Assembly (NCBI GenBank): GCA_000165425.1
Contig: CT868658.1
Coordinates: forward strand, 1 to 64,000
Direction of reading: 5' to 3'
DNA: 64,000 bases
Source: Paramecium tetraurelia
Taxonomy: Eukaryota
Shown here: in pieces, positions 1-14,378 of the stretch
Layout: each line of letters opens with the position of its first letter
How positions within the stretch are numbered: position 1 is the stretch's first letter
Program-made: the position numbers and the translations under genes
The notes under the pieces: model-generated
What the model was told of the DNA's origin: nothing
Databases searched by the model: none
Seen by the model: the letters and a program-made list of their open reading frames with translations, nothing else

Positions 1-3000
1 CTTAAATTGAAGAGCCCAAAATTGAGTTTTAGTTTCTGTAAAAAAATGCTTCCATCTTCGTATATCTTTTATTTAAACAGTAGTAATTGAAAGCAAATTT
101 ATTGTAGATATTAGAATCAACATCAATCCAAATATAGCATTAATACTATTGAAAAATTCAAATGGAGAGCTAAAATTGTAATTGGGAAATTATAACATTA
201 CGCTGAACATAAATTAATGAAGTATGGCTAAATACACTTTAAATATTCCTAAAGAAAAGTATTCTTGTTTTTACTTTACGCATGTTCTCTGAACTTTCTA
301 TTAAAATATACTTATTAATTTAACGACTTTATAGTTATTCCTAAAATTTAAAAAGAGTGTGAAAATTTTTTGTTAAAAGTTGTCAGATGATATTAAAGAA
401 TATGTTAAGTAAGTAAGCATGGATATTAAGACAGAAAAATAACAACTTTTAACATTATATAAATAAGGCTATTGAAAGATATATTTAGGGTCTTGTTGTA
501 AATTACTGTTTACATGATTTGATGTATTTATTGCAAATAATTAATCTATTTAAGATATCTCTAAAATGGGTTATAATGAGACTTTAGTGTAACTGTTTAA
601 GAAATCATTAAAATGCGGTGGAAATTAAAATTGCATGTATTTCACATAAGATAATGACTACAATAAATCTAATAAATTAAGAGACATTATCGCATTTCCT
701 GTTAGAAATGCAAAACTTGAGATTCCAACCATTAAATACATCATAATATTATTTAGTTAAACGATAGATATTAATTATTACTTAGTTGATTCTAAAAGGA
801 CAATCGGAGTGCCAAAATTAACAGATTTTTAATTTTCAAATAGGCCTATTAAATCTCTATTGAATATGGTATTTTTCTGTATATCAACCTGTAAAATCGG
901 ATATTATACAGGTTCAATAAATTCTATCTAGATCTAATATTTAGGATTATTTAGGGTATTTGTTAAGTTCGATATACTATCGACGGTTAATCGATATGGA
1001 GTTTATGGAATGATAGTTAACACAATGACTTCTTCAAACTTTAGACCTTCCTCCAATTTTACTTATTAATTGAAAGTCAACTCAACTATTTGTGTTTATT
1101 GAACATTGTTAGAGAGAATATTTAAATTAAATTTCGGGGGTACAATATACGCACATAAACTTAATGATCCTTATTAATTTATACACTGATAGGAATCCTC
1201 AATATGACAATTAGTAGAGCATCCATCTCCTCCATAATTATTTCCATCATCACATTCTTCATATTGATTGATTAATATCCCATTTCCACATTAGCTAACA
1301 CATGCATGATCAATTAAGATATGATTTTCTCCACATCTGAAATTTGTTAACCAAATTATTTGTTAAATCTCAATATCTAAATCATTATAATCATTTAAGT
1401 TTTCCTTAACACAATTAGCTGTTTTAATATCCAATATATAAGAATTATCACATTTGTTACATTACTATTGCTGACATTCAATACAACCTTTTGAACATTG
1501 AAATTCGCACAAATAACAACCATCATTTGGATTATCATTACCATCATCACACTATTCAAAAGGGTAAACAAAGATCCCATCTCCACATAAAGTAGTGCAC
1601 CGGTTTTATGGATCAAGAACCCACCCTGGACTAATACACGCTTTACAAACACCATTCTAACATTCAGTACATTATTCTGAACATTAAAATTTGCATTCAT
1701 AGCAACCATCATATGGAAGCTAATTGCCATCATCGCATTCCTCTAACCCTAAGACTAATTTATCTCCACATATTGATATACATGTTGCATCAATAAGTTC
1801 CCATCCTTTAACATTACATTCTTTACAAAAACCCAATTCACATAATGTGCATTGGTCTTAACATTAAATATAGCAGTCAATGCACCCATCATCATCATCT
1901 TGATTTCCATCATCACATTATTCATTCCCTACAACCAATAAGTCTCCACAAGTAGGTTAACAATTCATATTTAATAAATCTAATTTCCATCCCAATGAAG
2001 TGCATTCAAAACATTATCCATCAATGCACGTAGTACATTATTCATTACAGACTAAGTTACAACTCAGACATATTTCGTTAGAACCTAAATTACCGTTGTC
2101 ACATTATTCCTCATGAACTAGAATTCCGTCTCCACATATATTATAACAGCTATTTTTTGGTTTATCTAAGTAATAACCTATTGAACATTCAAAACATACT
2201 CCAAATTAACAAATTTGACAATATTAACTACATTAAAATACACATTAATGACATCCATCATATGGAATAATATTACCATCATCACACTCTTCATAATCTG
2301 ATAAATAACCATCTCCACAGTACGATATACATTAATTATCTAAAGTATTAAGCTAGTATGATTTTAGATTACACTGTAAACACTATCCTCGATAACAATA
2401 CTTACAATTTCCTGGACAATCATACATACCATTAAAACAACCATCTTGTGCTACTAAATTCATATCATCGCATTGTTCATTACCTTTTGTATGTCCATCA
2501 TTCAAGATTACAAGGCATCTTCCATCTAGATTATAATATCCAAGCTCACAATTAATACAAACTCCAAATTTGCACTCCAAACATGATTATTAGCATTAAT
2601 ATTGTGAAAGATAGCAACCATCATACATTATGGAATTATAGTCATCACATTATTCTTCACCAACAATTTTAGAATCTCCAAAGAAGGAATAACACTTCTA
2701 ATCCAAGTTTACAAGCCACCCTTCTTTACAATGTAGACAATTACCATATTGGCAAATTAAGCACGACTCTTAACAATTATATCTACATTAGTAGCAATTT
2801 TCATCAATTAAGTCATCACATTCTTCATAATTTTAAACTATAATCCCATCACCACATATAGTTTCACATTTTTTTTATAATTCATCCAATTTCCATCCGA
2901 TGGCATCACATTTTAGACATCCATTTTGAGTACATAAACTACAAGACTGTTAACAACTGAATTAACATAAATAACATCCATCATCTAATAGGTTATTCCT

Positions 3001-5931
3001 ATCCTCACAGATATTCTCGTAGTTCACTAAGACTCCATCTCCACACATTAACACACATTTCTAAAATTATTATTTCCATTTGTATCCTTAGGCGCAAGTA
3101 ACACAAACTCCCTTAATACATTCTAAACAATTTATATCGCATGTAATTTAACATTAATTGCAAAGAATATTCTGATCATCATCACATTATTCTTCTTCAA
3201 GAACTAAAATATTGTCACCGCAAATACTATGGCAAGTTCCATCCGTTTTCAAATACCAACCATTTGGTTCATTGCATTATTAACAAATACCAAAATCACA
3301 AACTGCACATTGTATCGAGCATTAAAACTAACAATTAACACAGTTGCTTCTTTCTTCAAAACATTATTAGGGTAGTCCAATTGTATTTCCTAAACATATA
3401 GAGCGACAATCATTGTTATGAACTTCGTAACCACTTTTACATTAATAACATTTTCCATTTAAACAAATATCACACGCAAAATTGCAAGTTCATTTACAAT
3501 TATTGCAACCATCAAATGGGTTATTATTACCATCATCACAATCTTCTTCTTCCACCACTATCTCATCTCCACAAACAGGAAGACATGGTAAATTGATTCC
3601 GTCATCATAATACCCAGTTAAGCATAAACATTGCTTTCTTTATATACCTCTATGATAATCTCTCACACAAGTAAGACAATTATATTAGGAGTCACCAAAG
3701 CAATATTCACAATATTTATTGCATTAAACACAAGTATTTCCTAATAAAAATGTAAATGGTTTGCATAAGCAAATTCCATTGCTCAAATTAAATTAATCAT
3801 TAATGCATTAAGTGCATTCCTCTGCTCTTGTACATGTAATACATCCAGGTTAATTACAATCTTTGCAACTATAACTTTCAGTCTATGAATCAAAGACCAA
3901 ATATTAGTTAGAGTTGCAATTATTATTTACAGTATCTGAACATGTGCTAAAACCTGTACAGCTAGAGCAAAATGGAGGACACTACATCATAATTTTAATA
4001 GTATACATAATGAATAACAATAAAATATTCTGATATTGCACAAAACTCCTTTGTAATATCAGCAGTTACGACATCACAAACAAACTCGACATAAAGATTG
4101 TTAGAAAAAAAGTTTGTTAAACTTATATTAAAGTATTTAGTGCTTTCTAGCTCTTTACGACCAATTAAATTTTATCCTCCCCCAGGATTACTAAAAGGTC
4201 CGTATTTTTGACTGCTTGAAGAATCTCCTATTATATAAAAAAAATTCCCAGTGTAATTATCTCCATATGTTAAATTAAAATATATGGTGGCTGCATAATG
4301 GGGATTAGAAATCGTCCATGTTTTGATATATGATCCATCATTCCAAACTAATAAACCTCCTAACACTATTTTATTATTTAAAAAAGAAAATTTTTATCCT
4401 GAAGATTAGCTAAGTTATGGATCAGTTGTCATATCATAATATGATTAAATCTCTGACAAAGTCATATTTAAATTATAAAAGCCTTTAGCTAAGTACCTAG
4501 AATCTAAATATAATTCAATAATAATTTACATGGTAAGATATCTTAGTAATCAATGCAATTTGATGAATGAATGGGGCAAGTGATAACACATGAATTTCGG
4601 TATAGTTTGTAATCTGTTTTACACGATTGGCATGATGAGAAGTCAGAACAAATTTCACAATTTTCTTAACAATATCCTTTGTCTACCGTAAAATATTTAA
4701 ACCCCCAGGATTCATTTTATTATTAAAGCTATCCTTTAATTAATATATTTGGATTTGGATTAAATAATTATAAAATCATTTCTACTCTTAATAAAGTATC
4801 ACTACTAATACAAAAGTGTTTCATCTCAGATATTTTTTATAGATTTTCAACAGAGAAACCATTTGGATCTTTTGTTATTCGAGATTATAATTGATTATTT
4901 TATAATATGTAGATGCTACTTGTTTCGTTAAAGTTAAACAAATAAAATGTAATCCGAATTCTTATAAACTTTACAGAACTTTCCAGATTCATCTAATAAA
5001 GCATTCCTTCATTATATTGAAGCTTCCCAATAAAATCATGATGGTAGCAATCATCATCCACTAAATCAGAGTTTTTATAATTAAACTCATCTTTTTCAAA
5101 GATGAGAGGAAAGTATCCTGAATTAAAATTAGTAGAAGAAAATAAAGTAACATTTTATTTTATTCTTTTGTCTTCAACGCATATTTTATCAAAACGTGCA
5201 ATTGAATTTTCTCTCCTACATTCTTAAAGACAGCCAATTAAAGTTTGAGAAAATTGATAATTTGGAATACAAGTGCATCTCCCTGCAGATATTTCATTTT
5301 AAAAACATGATAAACATTCTGTTTCTGTAGGGCCATTACAAGTAAAACAGGTTGGATGGCAGGTATTTACATATATCAATAAATTTCTAATCCCTACCTT
5401 CATATTATCATTTCCAGGATCAAGACACAGTTTTATGGAAAATTAGTTTTTATTATGCTAAGCTATTGTACTTACAACTGTTTGGAAATCAAAATTGCTA
5501 ACAGTGCTATGACAAGTTAGAGCGCTGCTTTGAATTAAATCAGATTATTTGTAATCTCGTTGATATAATTGTTACTCAGAATATGTAAAATTATCTTTAA
5601 ATTCATAAGTAACTTTGAATTATGATTCCACAGCACTATCAGCATCATCAAAATATACATCAAAAATAACTTAAGCTTCATAACCTTTATATGAAAGTCT
5701 TTTCGATAACTATTATACGGAACTTTATAAAATCGCATATTCTAATGAATTTTCACTACATGTTGAAGAGATAAATGATGTTTCAAATTATTCTAAATAT
5801 CCAGAAAAAGTCTTCCAATTATTCTCTATAATAGGCATATTGGTAAAGCTATTATCAATCAGTATCCAGTTGGCTACAACATGTTGAAGAAGAAATATCA
5901 AATGAGCACAAATTTAAAAATGATAAAACAT
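1..5931 (-). CDS. Giant cysteine-rich surface/membrane protein (furin-like and CGDG..EQCDDGN..DGC Myxococcus-type/DUF4215 repeats, C-terminal multi-TM region); 3' end runs off window
   Basis: Code-6 frame starts MFYHFQICAHLIFLLQHVVANW (signal-like), then CHPTCFTCNGPTETECLSC and many CGDG/E-CDDGN repeats at ~1200-3600. One 26-nt GT-AG intron at 4504-4529. Hydrophobic segments below ~750. Frame still open at position 1. Confidence 0.85.
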
Positions 5932-7299
5932 AAAATTTTGATGCAGTTTATAAATATTTTCAAAATAAAAAGTCTAATTATTACGTAATCATTTTCGCCT
6001 ACCAATCATGATTGACCAATTCAATATAATTTAGATATCGTTGAGCTTTATCTTGACATTTGGAGAATACATGTACCTTTTTGTTTAAAATCAATTGCAG
6101 GTGGAGCTTCCTAAAAAAATTAACACATCTTTTAGCATCCCTAATTAAAAATAAGTTAAGTTGAGTATAATGAAATCATAAAATTTACTAATCATTTTTA
6201 ATATCAAGTTGATTTATATATTTACTTTCGGAATAAAAAATTTGTAATATTGTTGTAGATAATTACTTCGGAAAATTCTTCATTCTGATAATTGAAAAAT
6301 CATCTACTAAAAAGTTAGATCATTAAAGATTCTTTCTACAGGGAGATAATTTACCATCTCTCGACCTGATTAATATTATATGAATGCTTCTTAGTATAAA
6401 ATTTAATAGACAAATTAATTTGTATGATGAGAAGTAGAAGTTAATCAAGAGAAAATTACATGAAAAACCACTCACTGTAAGATTTTGCAATTATTATATT
6501 CAATATCATTTATTGATTTTATTTTTTGAAATTATTTCAGATGGAAATATTTTAGGTTCTAATACTCATTTCATGAAAAAAAATAGAGGTTAACTTAGAT
6601 TAAATCATAATGATTTGGATTAGATAATTTGATATTAATTTTTTATTTTTATAAATTCTTATGAGTTTTAACCAAAAGTAATCATTCTTTAAGTCTAGAT
6701 AAGAATTTTAGAAATAAGTAGCCAATTTTAGTAAATTGTTGAATCAAGTATTTACTCGATTCAAAGTGATAAATCACTCCATTTAATTTCGATTCATAGA
6801 GTAGAAATGTCATCAATTTAAAAGAAATGATAAACTATGAAGCGAATAATGAAAGTCGAAAATATTTGATTAATAAACAGTTGAATTAATGTCTTTAATT
6901 CTTTATTAATCAACTGATGTATGAATTCTAATCAATATAGATTTCAATGTGAGTTGTTGAAAAAAAAATTATTGATTATTGCTTGTAAAATATTAGAAAT
7001 GTTTTATTTTTCATTTAGTTAAAGAAAAAATCAATTTAATTTTTAAATAAAACAAAATGTATAAAAATTAAAAACAAACAATAAAAGAATGTTGATGGTC
7101 CTTATTTTAAACAGAAATGAGTATCAATAGAATAACTATTATTAAATAACAACATAAGAATAAAAACTCAAGAGGAAAATGTTCTGAAACTGACAAAAAA
7201 TTCATAGATTAAATTCTATATTAATCAATTATAAAACCATTAATAATATCAAACTTAGGATGATTTTTGTGGAATCATAATTTGATGTCATAGCATAAA

Positions 7300-8450
7300 G
7301 AATTATAACATTTAACCTATGATTTTCTAATACATCTTTTTTCATTGTACTCGATCTTGTTTTTTTATGGGCTGGCCATAAGAGTAGTTATTCAAGCAGG
7401 AAAATTTACAACAAGTGTGATTTTTGCTAGATAAAAAAATAGTACTTCTCGGTTGTTTGCTGCTACACCTAATATAGTAGATATCTTTGAAGATATTTAT
7501 TCAGATTCTCTAATTTAATGAGATCGTTTCCCTTTGTACACTCCAGTGTATTTAGCATCTATGTCGTTATTTACAATTAATCTAATATATGCCTTTATCT
7601 TATAAAATGCTCCTTCTGCAGATCTTAAACAAAAATCATTAAGGAATATGTCAACTCAAGAAGGATAATTAATAGTTAACAATTGCATGATATATTAAAA
7701 TTTGAACAAATATTCAATCCAATGTAAAATGAAAACAAACTTAATTATGTAGATTAGCCATTTTTAAAAACTGTTAATATTAAGAATCATTAAATCTTGC
7801 TTCTTGATTTCTACCAAAATTATACTTTTTAGGCATTATCATTTGAATGTATTAAATCTGTATATTATATTCTTACCTTCTGGCTTCTTTATTATTTAGA
7901 TTAAAAAAAATGTTCCTGATGTTGCTTGGATTACTGTTTAAACAAACTTTGGATCTATTTCTGGAGGAATTTTAGTGTAGTTAGATATGATGTTTATTTA
8001 TTTTATTGTAATAAAAAGGCTGTAATTATCGTTCCCTCTTTGTGGATAGGTACAATCATTATTATTTAGATTAAATTATATAGTTCTTTAAAAACATGAA
8101 ATTGCTGATATTTCATAAGTTTTTCTGACTGGATTATTAATTGCATCAACCTTAACTATAAAATTAATAGTTGACCATAACTGAAAAAAAATATATAACT
8201 GAAATAATAGGAGAAAATTATTAAGCCACGATTACTGGAGCCATGTTTGCAGCTTTTAATTAATTAATTGTTTTATATATTGAAAATTTATTATTTCTAT
8301 TTTGTGGAGGTGTGGCAAGAATTGCATTTTAATGCAATTGGTAATAAAGTTTGAATTCACTCAATAAGTCATTAGAATGATACCAATTATACTGTGTATT
8401 TAGTATTATTCAACTGCAACAAGTAAGAAGTTTAATGAATTCAGGTAGGA
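7300..8450 (+). pseudogene. Degenerate MFS transporter remnant (SLC37/sugar-phosphate exchanger-like)
   Basis: Hydrophobic fragments DVAWITVQTNFGSISGGIL, AVIIVPSLWIGTIII and ATITGAMFAAFNQLIV..LFLFCGGVA, broken by TGA stops and frame changes. Boundaries approximate. Confidence 0.3.
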
Positions 8451-8803
8451 TAACTTGACAAAATATACACAATAAATAAACACTCCTCTAATTAGAAATC
8501 CGAGAAATATCTTAAAAGCATTTGAAAATTTTTAAATCAACATATTTAATTAATAAGCTATTTATTGGAATTTTATAATATTTTATAAATGATAAAAAAT
8601 AGACTGAATCTTAATGAACTAAAATTTTTATTCAAAACCTGTTTATAAAAACCAAAAAAATAAAACTCATTGATTAATGAATTAATTACTTCGAGCTCTT
8701 GACACCTCTTTTTTTTGAGATTCTTGAAAAACAAGATAAAAAATATATTTTTTTAAACTAAAATCAAAATTGTAGGAGTTATAATAATATATATTAAACA
8801 ATA

Positions 8804-9660
8804 ATGATGAATATAAAAATCATTGATAACTTTATCTAATAAATAAGCTAACAGTTAGAAGTATTATGAGCATTTTTATATATAGTTTTCTTATGATAGA
8901 ATACTTGAATCCATTGATTCCTGACTAAACTCTTAATTTAAACATTGATTTTTTATAGTTATATTCAATACCATAAGAACGACCATTAGGGTTAAATTTG
9001 GCAGGTCAAGTAGTAGCAGAAATTTCACCTTTTGTTTAAAACATTCAGCTTCTCTTTAAAGAAAAGCAAGAATAATACAAATTAGCAAAAATTTAATATT
9101 CTGAATTACAAAATAGTTTGCAAGAGTTATAGGAAAATAAGATAAATGAAAAAAATAAATATGATCTATTGCTTTAGGATTCTAATCATTTATTGTAATA
9201 AAAACAATAAGAAATCAATTAATTATACTATACTTAAAGTAAAATTAAGAAAGATCAAGAGGAACTACAAAAAGAATTTAAACAATAAAATGATGATTTC
9301 AAATTGGAAAATGCTAATTTGATTGAAGTGATTAAATAAAAGAAGCGATACTTATTTAAACTTAGTAATAATAGACATTCAAGATTTCAAATTCTTTTAC
9401 TTTTTCTGAAATTTATAAAAACTCTTATTGTGAAATATCATAACACGGAAAGCTATATTATAATAAGAGTCTATTTTATTCATGTTTAGGTGATTAAGCA
9501 ATCCCTAATTAAGGTATTGTAAAATTTGGTTATTTAATACATGATATTATTACAAATTAGACTATGGTTGGTGTAGGAGCAAGAGATATAATTTCTAAAT
9601 CTGGATATTCTAATATACAAGATCCTGGTAGAGGGTAAAGAATTACGTTATAAATTTACT
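8804..9660 (+). pseudogene. Coiled-coil + SPRY/B30.2-like Paramecium family gene, frameshifted and truncated
   Basis: Coiled-coil ORF, then SFTFSEIYKNSYCEISQHGK / AIFNKSLFYSCLGDQAIPNQGIVKFGYLI..MVGVGARDII in different frames (1-nt loss near 9450). C-terminal half of the domain is not recognisable. Confidence 0.5.
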
Positions 9661-10870
9661 GAGATTCTTTTAAAGAATCGTCCCATAATATTGCTCGCTT
9701 GATAAGCATAAGCAATTTAAGGATGAATTAATTATAGATGCTGGTTTTTTGCACTTATTCATTTTTCTTATAAATATAAGCCAAGCTAAAATTTTCCTTT
9801 TTTTTATAAATAAGTTCATAATAATAATTATGTTTACAAATAACTCAAATGTAGATATTTCCTTAAAAAAAAAAGTTTAGATATCAAGAATTAATGATTC
9901 ATTTTGTTGTTTAGAAGTGATGAATTTAAAAATTATAACCATTTCTAAAAGTTTTATATTCGATCTCTCCTATTGATAACTCATTTCAGAATGAAACATT
10001 TTAGGTTTAACAGCAACTTTGGAAAAGATTGTGAATATATTATTGGAAGCATGATTGAATAAAATATTAAATCTAAAATCAAGCTTTCTCTAAAATAGAT
10101 CAAATATTAAATAATGTAAAAATATTAAGTATTCATGTAACAACTCAAGCCATTCAAATAGTATAGAATCGATTAAAAAGTCAGGAAAAGAGAAGAACAA
10201 ATCACTAATTAAAAGAATAAAGTAATAAAATTACGGAATGAAATGAGAACTTGCTGAGGAGAGAAGATCAATAAATAAGAATTTTTTATTAAGGTTTAAA
10301 TTAGAAATCTTAATAATAGTAGAACTAGTCAAACTGAACAGTAATAGAAATCAATTAAGACAATCTTGCGACCTCATAGTTTTTGTAAAAATCCAAAGAG
10401 TTCAAGGGCTGAATTTATGTGATAGTTAAAAATACTTATTGTCGAATTGAAATTGTTTATTAATAATTTTATGAACTCTAAGCATTATTTAATATTGAAA
10501 ATATAAGTAAAATCAATTTCTAAATAGTAATTTTACAAAATACCTATTTGACCTCTAATTTATAAGACTGGACAGTTTGTTTTTCTTACAAAATTTCTTT
10601 GTTATCCTTAAAGAATACTTAAAACAAATAAATGTCATTAAATATATGATTGGCATGAAATGTTAAAATGACTTACTTAATTTAGTGGCAGCAATAAATG
10701 TTCGTAAAATAAAAAAGTCATTTTTTCTAATAAAAATTAGATTTAGATTTTCAACTAGTTCCATAACTTCAAATTCTTAACAAAGATCAAAAATATATTT
10801 ATAGAAAATTTCAGATAAATTAGGTAGATTCTATTGAGAATTATAAATAATATTTATTTTATATATATAT

Positions 10871-11950
10871 ATGGATTCGGATATCTTGGATACAAAAGTT
10901 CTTTCTAAAATTCTAATAGAGAATCACTCTAAAATACTTAATCAACAAAATGAGCAGGATAAATAATTTAGGTTAATAATATTTAGGATTTATGTAGGGA
11001 TTAGAAAATTGGAGAATAGATTAAGGAATCATAAAAATAGTTTAAAATGAGGAAACTCGATCTAGATTTCTACAAACTTCTAGGATAAGATGTTTATATA
11101 AGTGAATTAAGTTCATAAATCGCAGTGATGATGTAAAAACTTTACTAATATAGAGTTTTTCATTACGACTTTCCTAAAAGTCATCCATAAATATTTGCTA
11201 CGAAATAAATGAGCCATAGATTGATTGATCCAGATACTTGGGAGATAAAGGTTAAGTGGAATGCCTCGCTTTTGCAAATGATGAAAGAGATAGTGAATTA
11301 ATTTGCAACCCAGGCTCCTGAGGATGATTATTACATGGTTGAACTTTCAAAAAATAATTCGGATGATTCATTTTAAAAACATATAAAAGCAATTTAAAAT
11401 GTTAATCTGAGATCAATATTTGTGAATTGTCCTGCCAATTAATTTTTAGAAACCTTACAGCATGATTTAAATCCATTTATCAGGTAATTAGAAGACTACG
11501 AAAAAATTTCTTAATTAATTGTGGAGAAAGCGCAAAAAAATAATTCAATAGGAGGTTGTTTTGAATATCATATTATTAGAATCTATTCAATAGATTATGT
11601 GTGAGAATTTAAAGTTAAAGTCAGAAATAGAAGAGGAGTTGAAAAAATTTTCGGAGACCCAAGTAGATGGATTTCCATTGGATGATTTTTGCTTGTCATT
11701 ATCTAAAGTAAATATGAATTAAAATTTATAGAAATTTTCTGATAAAGAATTAGCAAGAATATTGGAAAAAAAAATATAAATGTTAGAATAGATTAGAGAG
11801 GAGAAGTATGAAAATAAGATTAATGAAGAGGATGAAAAAAAATTCGAAAAAGATATTCAAGAATATTTGGAAAAAAGGAAGGAATATCAAATTTCCATTT
11901 AAAAATAATAATATTGTTTGAGAGCACTGTTAAAGAAATAACAAGGTTGA
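10871..11950 (+). CDS. Hypothetical protein, VPS37A-like ESCRT-I subunit (UEV-like N-part, Mod(r)-like C-terminus)
   Basis: Open code-6 frame after removing 3 tiny GT-AG introns. FPKSHPQIF..SHRLIDP..W..LLQMMKEIVNQF..P is UEV-like; IQEYLEKRKEYQ resembles the VPS37 C-terminal helix. Confidence 0.55.
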
Positions 11951-12697
11951 TTTGAATATCTCATAATTGATTTAACATATTAATTAAATTCATTATGGTT
12001 CTCTTTGTTGGACAACTTAATAACTAGGAGTATTTGATAAAAAAAGGATTGCTATGGATATTATTAGAAAGGCTAATTGAATTGATAATGTAAAGTAATT
12101 AATCGTGTCTTTCTAAATTTAAATTTGATATTAACATAGTCAAAATGAGTACAATCATCCAAGGTACATTGATTCTAATAATTGCAACAGGAAGTTTAAC
12201 AAATATAATTAGAGCATTGAACAATTAAAAAAAACATATTTAATAAATTAGTTAAAATCAAAAATGTGATATAAAGCACCAAGTTTCAAAAATATTATCA
12301 AAGAGTTCCATTACTTGAATAACTATATTTATGCTAATCACCACTTAAATATGATGATTTTGAGAATCATTATAACAAAGTAATTACCTTATAATTTAAT
12401 TTTTGAATTGTTAATTAATCATTAAAACTTCCAATAAACCTCTGATAACAATAAAATCATAATGAAAGCAACTTATACAGAAACTATTTTGAATGATTAA
12501 TATGGAATATAAGGTTTATAATTTCATTTTTAGTTTGACATATGTAAAAAAGAATATGTGAACGCCCTGCAAACTAATAAAGTAGTTTCAACAGGTTTTG
12601 ATGTTTGATTAACCTTAACGATATATAAATGAATATTATTTATATGAGTAAGTATTGAAATAGATATATATATAAATTTCGTTTGTTTATTTTAAGG

Positions 12698-12938
12698 AGC
12701 TAGTCAGACACACTCAAGTCTTCACATATTTGAAGGTTCTAATACCCATAAAGAATACTAGAACACTACGAATATGGATGGGCATCGCGAATCGCATTCC
12801 ATGAAATAGAATGGATTCATATTCCTAATTATAGACCAGAGTGCATGCTGAATCATTCTAGCTTGGTTGGTTGCCTACATTTGCTGAAGCAAAGTGTAAG
12901 TAACTACTATAGACATGATCCTGTACGAGTACAGTCTT
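12698..12938 (-). ncRNA. U3: U3 snoRNA (~241 nt)
   Basis: 5' AAGACTGTACTCGTACAGGATCATGTCTATAG matches U3 boxes A'/A. Terminal stem AGCTAG/CTAGCT encloses C' (ATGATT) and D (CTGA). Internal stems ATGCACTC/GAGTGTGT, GAATATG/CATATTC and GTTCTAGTATTC/GGGTATTAGAAC. Confidence 0.92.
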
Positions 12939-12992
12939 GATCTAAATCATATAAATTAAAGGCCTTAAATATAAATCTAATTTTCTTCAAAA

Positions 12993-13001
12993 TATGGGTT
13001 T
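12993..13001 (-). promoter_or_regulatory. Ciliate snRNA-type upstream sequence element (USE) AAACCCATA for U3
   Basis: AAACCCATA at -63..-55 from the U3 5' end, matching the sequence and position of the AAACCCATAA element known upstream of ciliate snRNA/telomerase RNA genes. Confidence 0.7.
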
Positions 13002-13016
13002 ATAATTTAATTTAAA

Positions 13017-14235
13017 ATGCTTGAAATAAGAGATGTGGCCAAACAAATTACTTCAAAATTGACACAAAAATTTACTTTGGTTGACCAATCATAATTAAAT
13101 TTGGTTTTAGACTCATTTGTATTGGGATTTTTGTAAGGTGGGAGTTTAGAAAAAAATATATTTCAATAGCATTTAGATATCCTTGTGAGTTTGAAAGCAT
13201 TCAAAGATTGTGAGATCATCAATTAATAAAGGCTATATAAGTTATATAGCGATTCCTTGAAAGAAACTAAGAATGTAATGCTTAAATATTAGATCTAGTT
13301 ATTAATCTTCTACAAAGAAGTCTAAAATGAAATTTTTGAAAAATTGGAAAATAACTAGAATGTAATATTTGAATCTTAATGGGAAATAATACAGAAACCA
13401 TCGGCTAAACCCCTAAATAATGTACAATAATAAACAGTTTTTGCAATTTATTAAAAGTTTCGATAAGAGAATGAAGATCAATAAAAAAGTCTTGAATACA
13501 CTATAGAACAAATATAAGATAATTATAGGCTGAAGATGGAATAACAGAAATTAGAAAATCAACTAAACTATCAAGAGATCGAATGCAAAATCTGCTTATA
13601 AAATATTCCATTTATAGAGATGGTGTTATTGCATTGTTCTCATTATTTTCATCAGAGTTGTTTAAAATTGCATTGTATTACTTAATTATAATAAAAATCA
13701 ATTCCAATATAGTGTCCTTCAGGATGCAAAAAAATTATAATTTTACGAGATATAGAAACAGTCTTAGATAAACCTGAATTACAGGAGTTTTAAATTTTAT
13801 CTTTAAGGGCTTATTTTAGTAGTAAAAAAGAAGTATAAATTTATTTATGAAAAGTATTCATGCTGCCCAACAGCTGATTGCGCTTATTTTTTTATTCCAG
13901 ATGATAATCCACATTTTGATTGTCCTGTTTGCAACAAATCGTATTGCTTGGAATGTAAAATTGAATATCATAATGGATTTTCATGTTAGGAATATAGAGA
14001 TAAATAGATGACATAATCTAATGAAGTCAAATTCTAGAGCTTTGTTAAAGAAGCGAATTATAAGTAATGTCCAAAATGTAAAGTTTGGATTGAAAAGAGT
14101 TAAGGTTGCGCTCATATGAAATGTAAATGCAATTTTCAATTTTGTTATAATTGTGGAGGGGAATATAAGAAATGTAAATGCAAAAATAACACAATTTTTT
14201 CAGCTATCATTAATATTTTTAGTGGAAATAGCTGA
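13017..14235 (+). CDS. RBR (RING1-IBR-RING2) E3 ubiquitin ligase
   Basis: RING1 CKIC..CSHYFHQSC..CPSGC, IBR CPTADC..CPVC..CLEC..H..C, RING2 CPKC..IEKSQGCAHMKCKC..FCYNCG. One 22-nt intron. Confidence 0.9.
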
Positions 14236-14378
14236 ATGAATGATATTAATTATATTTATATCAAAGGCATTTAGTATCATCTTCTAAAGAAACAAAATTA
14301 ACAATAAATTCTTGATGAATTGTCTAATTATTAATTAATTTAGAATTATTAATATTTTTATCAAATATCAAAGAAAAG

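Noticed and set aside
1200..3600. Regularly spaced repeats as a CRISPR-like array
   Set aside because: They are degenerate protein-level Cys repeats in a eukaryotic coding frame, not identical DNA repeats with spacers.
11990..12600. Possible small gene between the VPS37-like gene and U3
   Set aside because: I could not build a consistent ATG-to-TGA model or recognise a motif.
12698..12938. Telomerase RNA (similar size, same USE)
   Set aside because: No C4A2-type template is seen, and U3 boxes A'/A and C'/D are clear.
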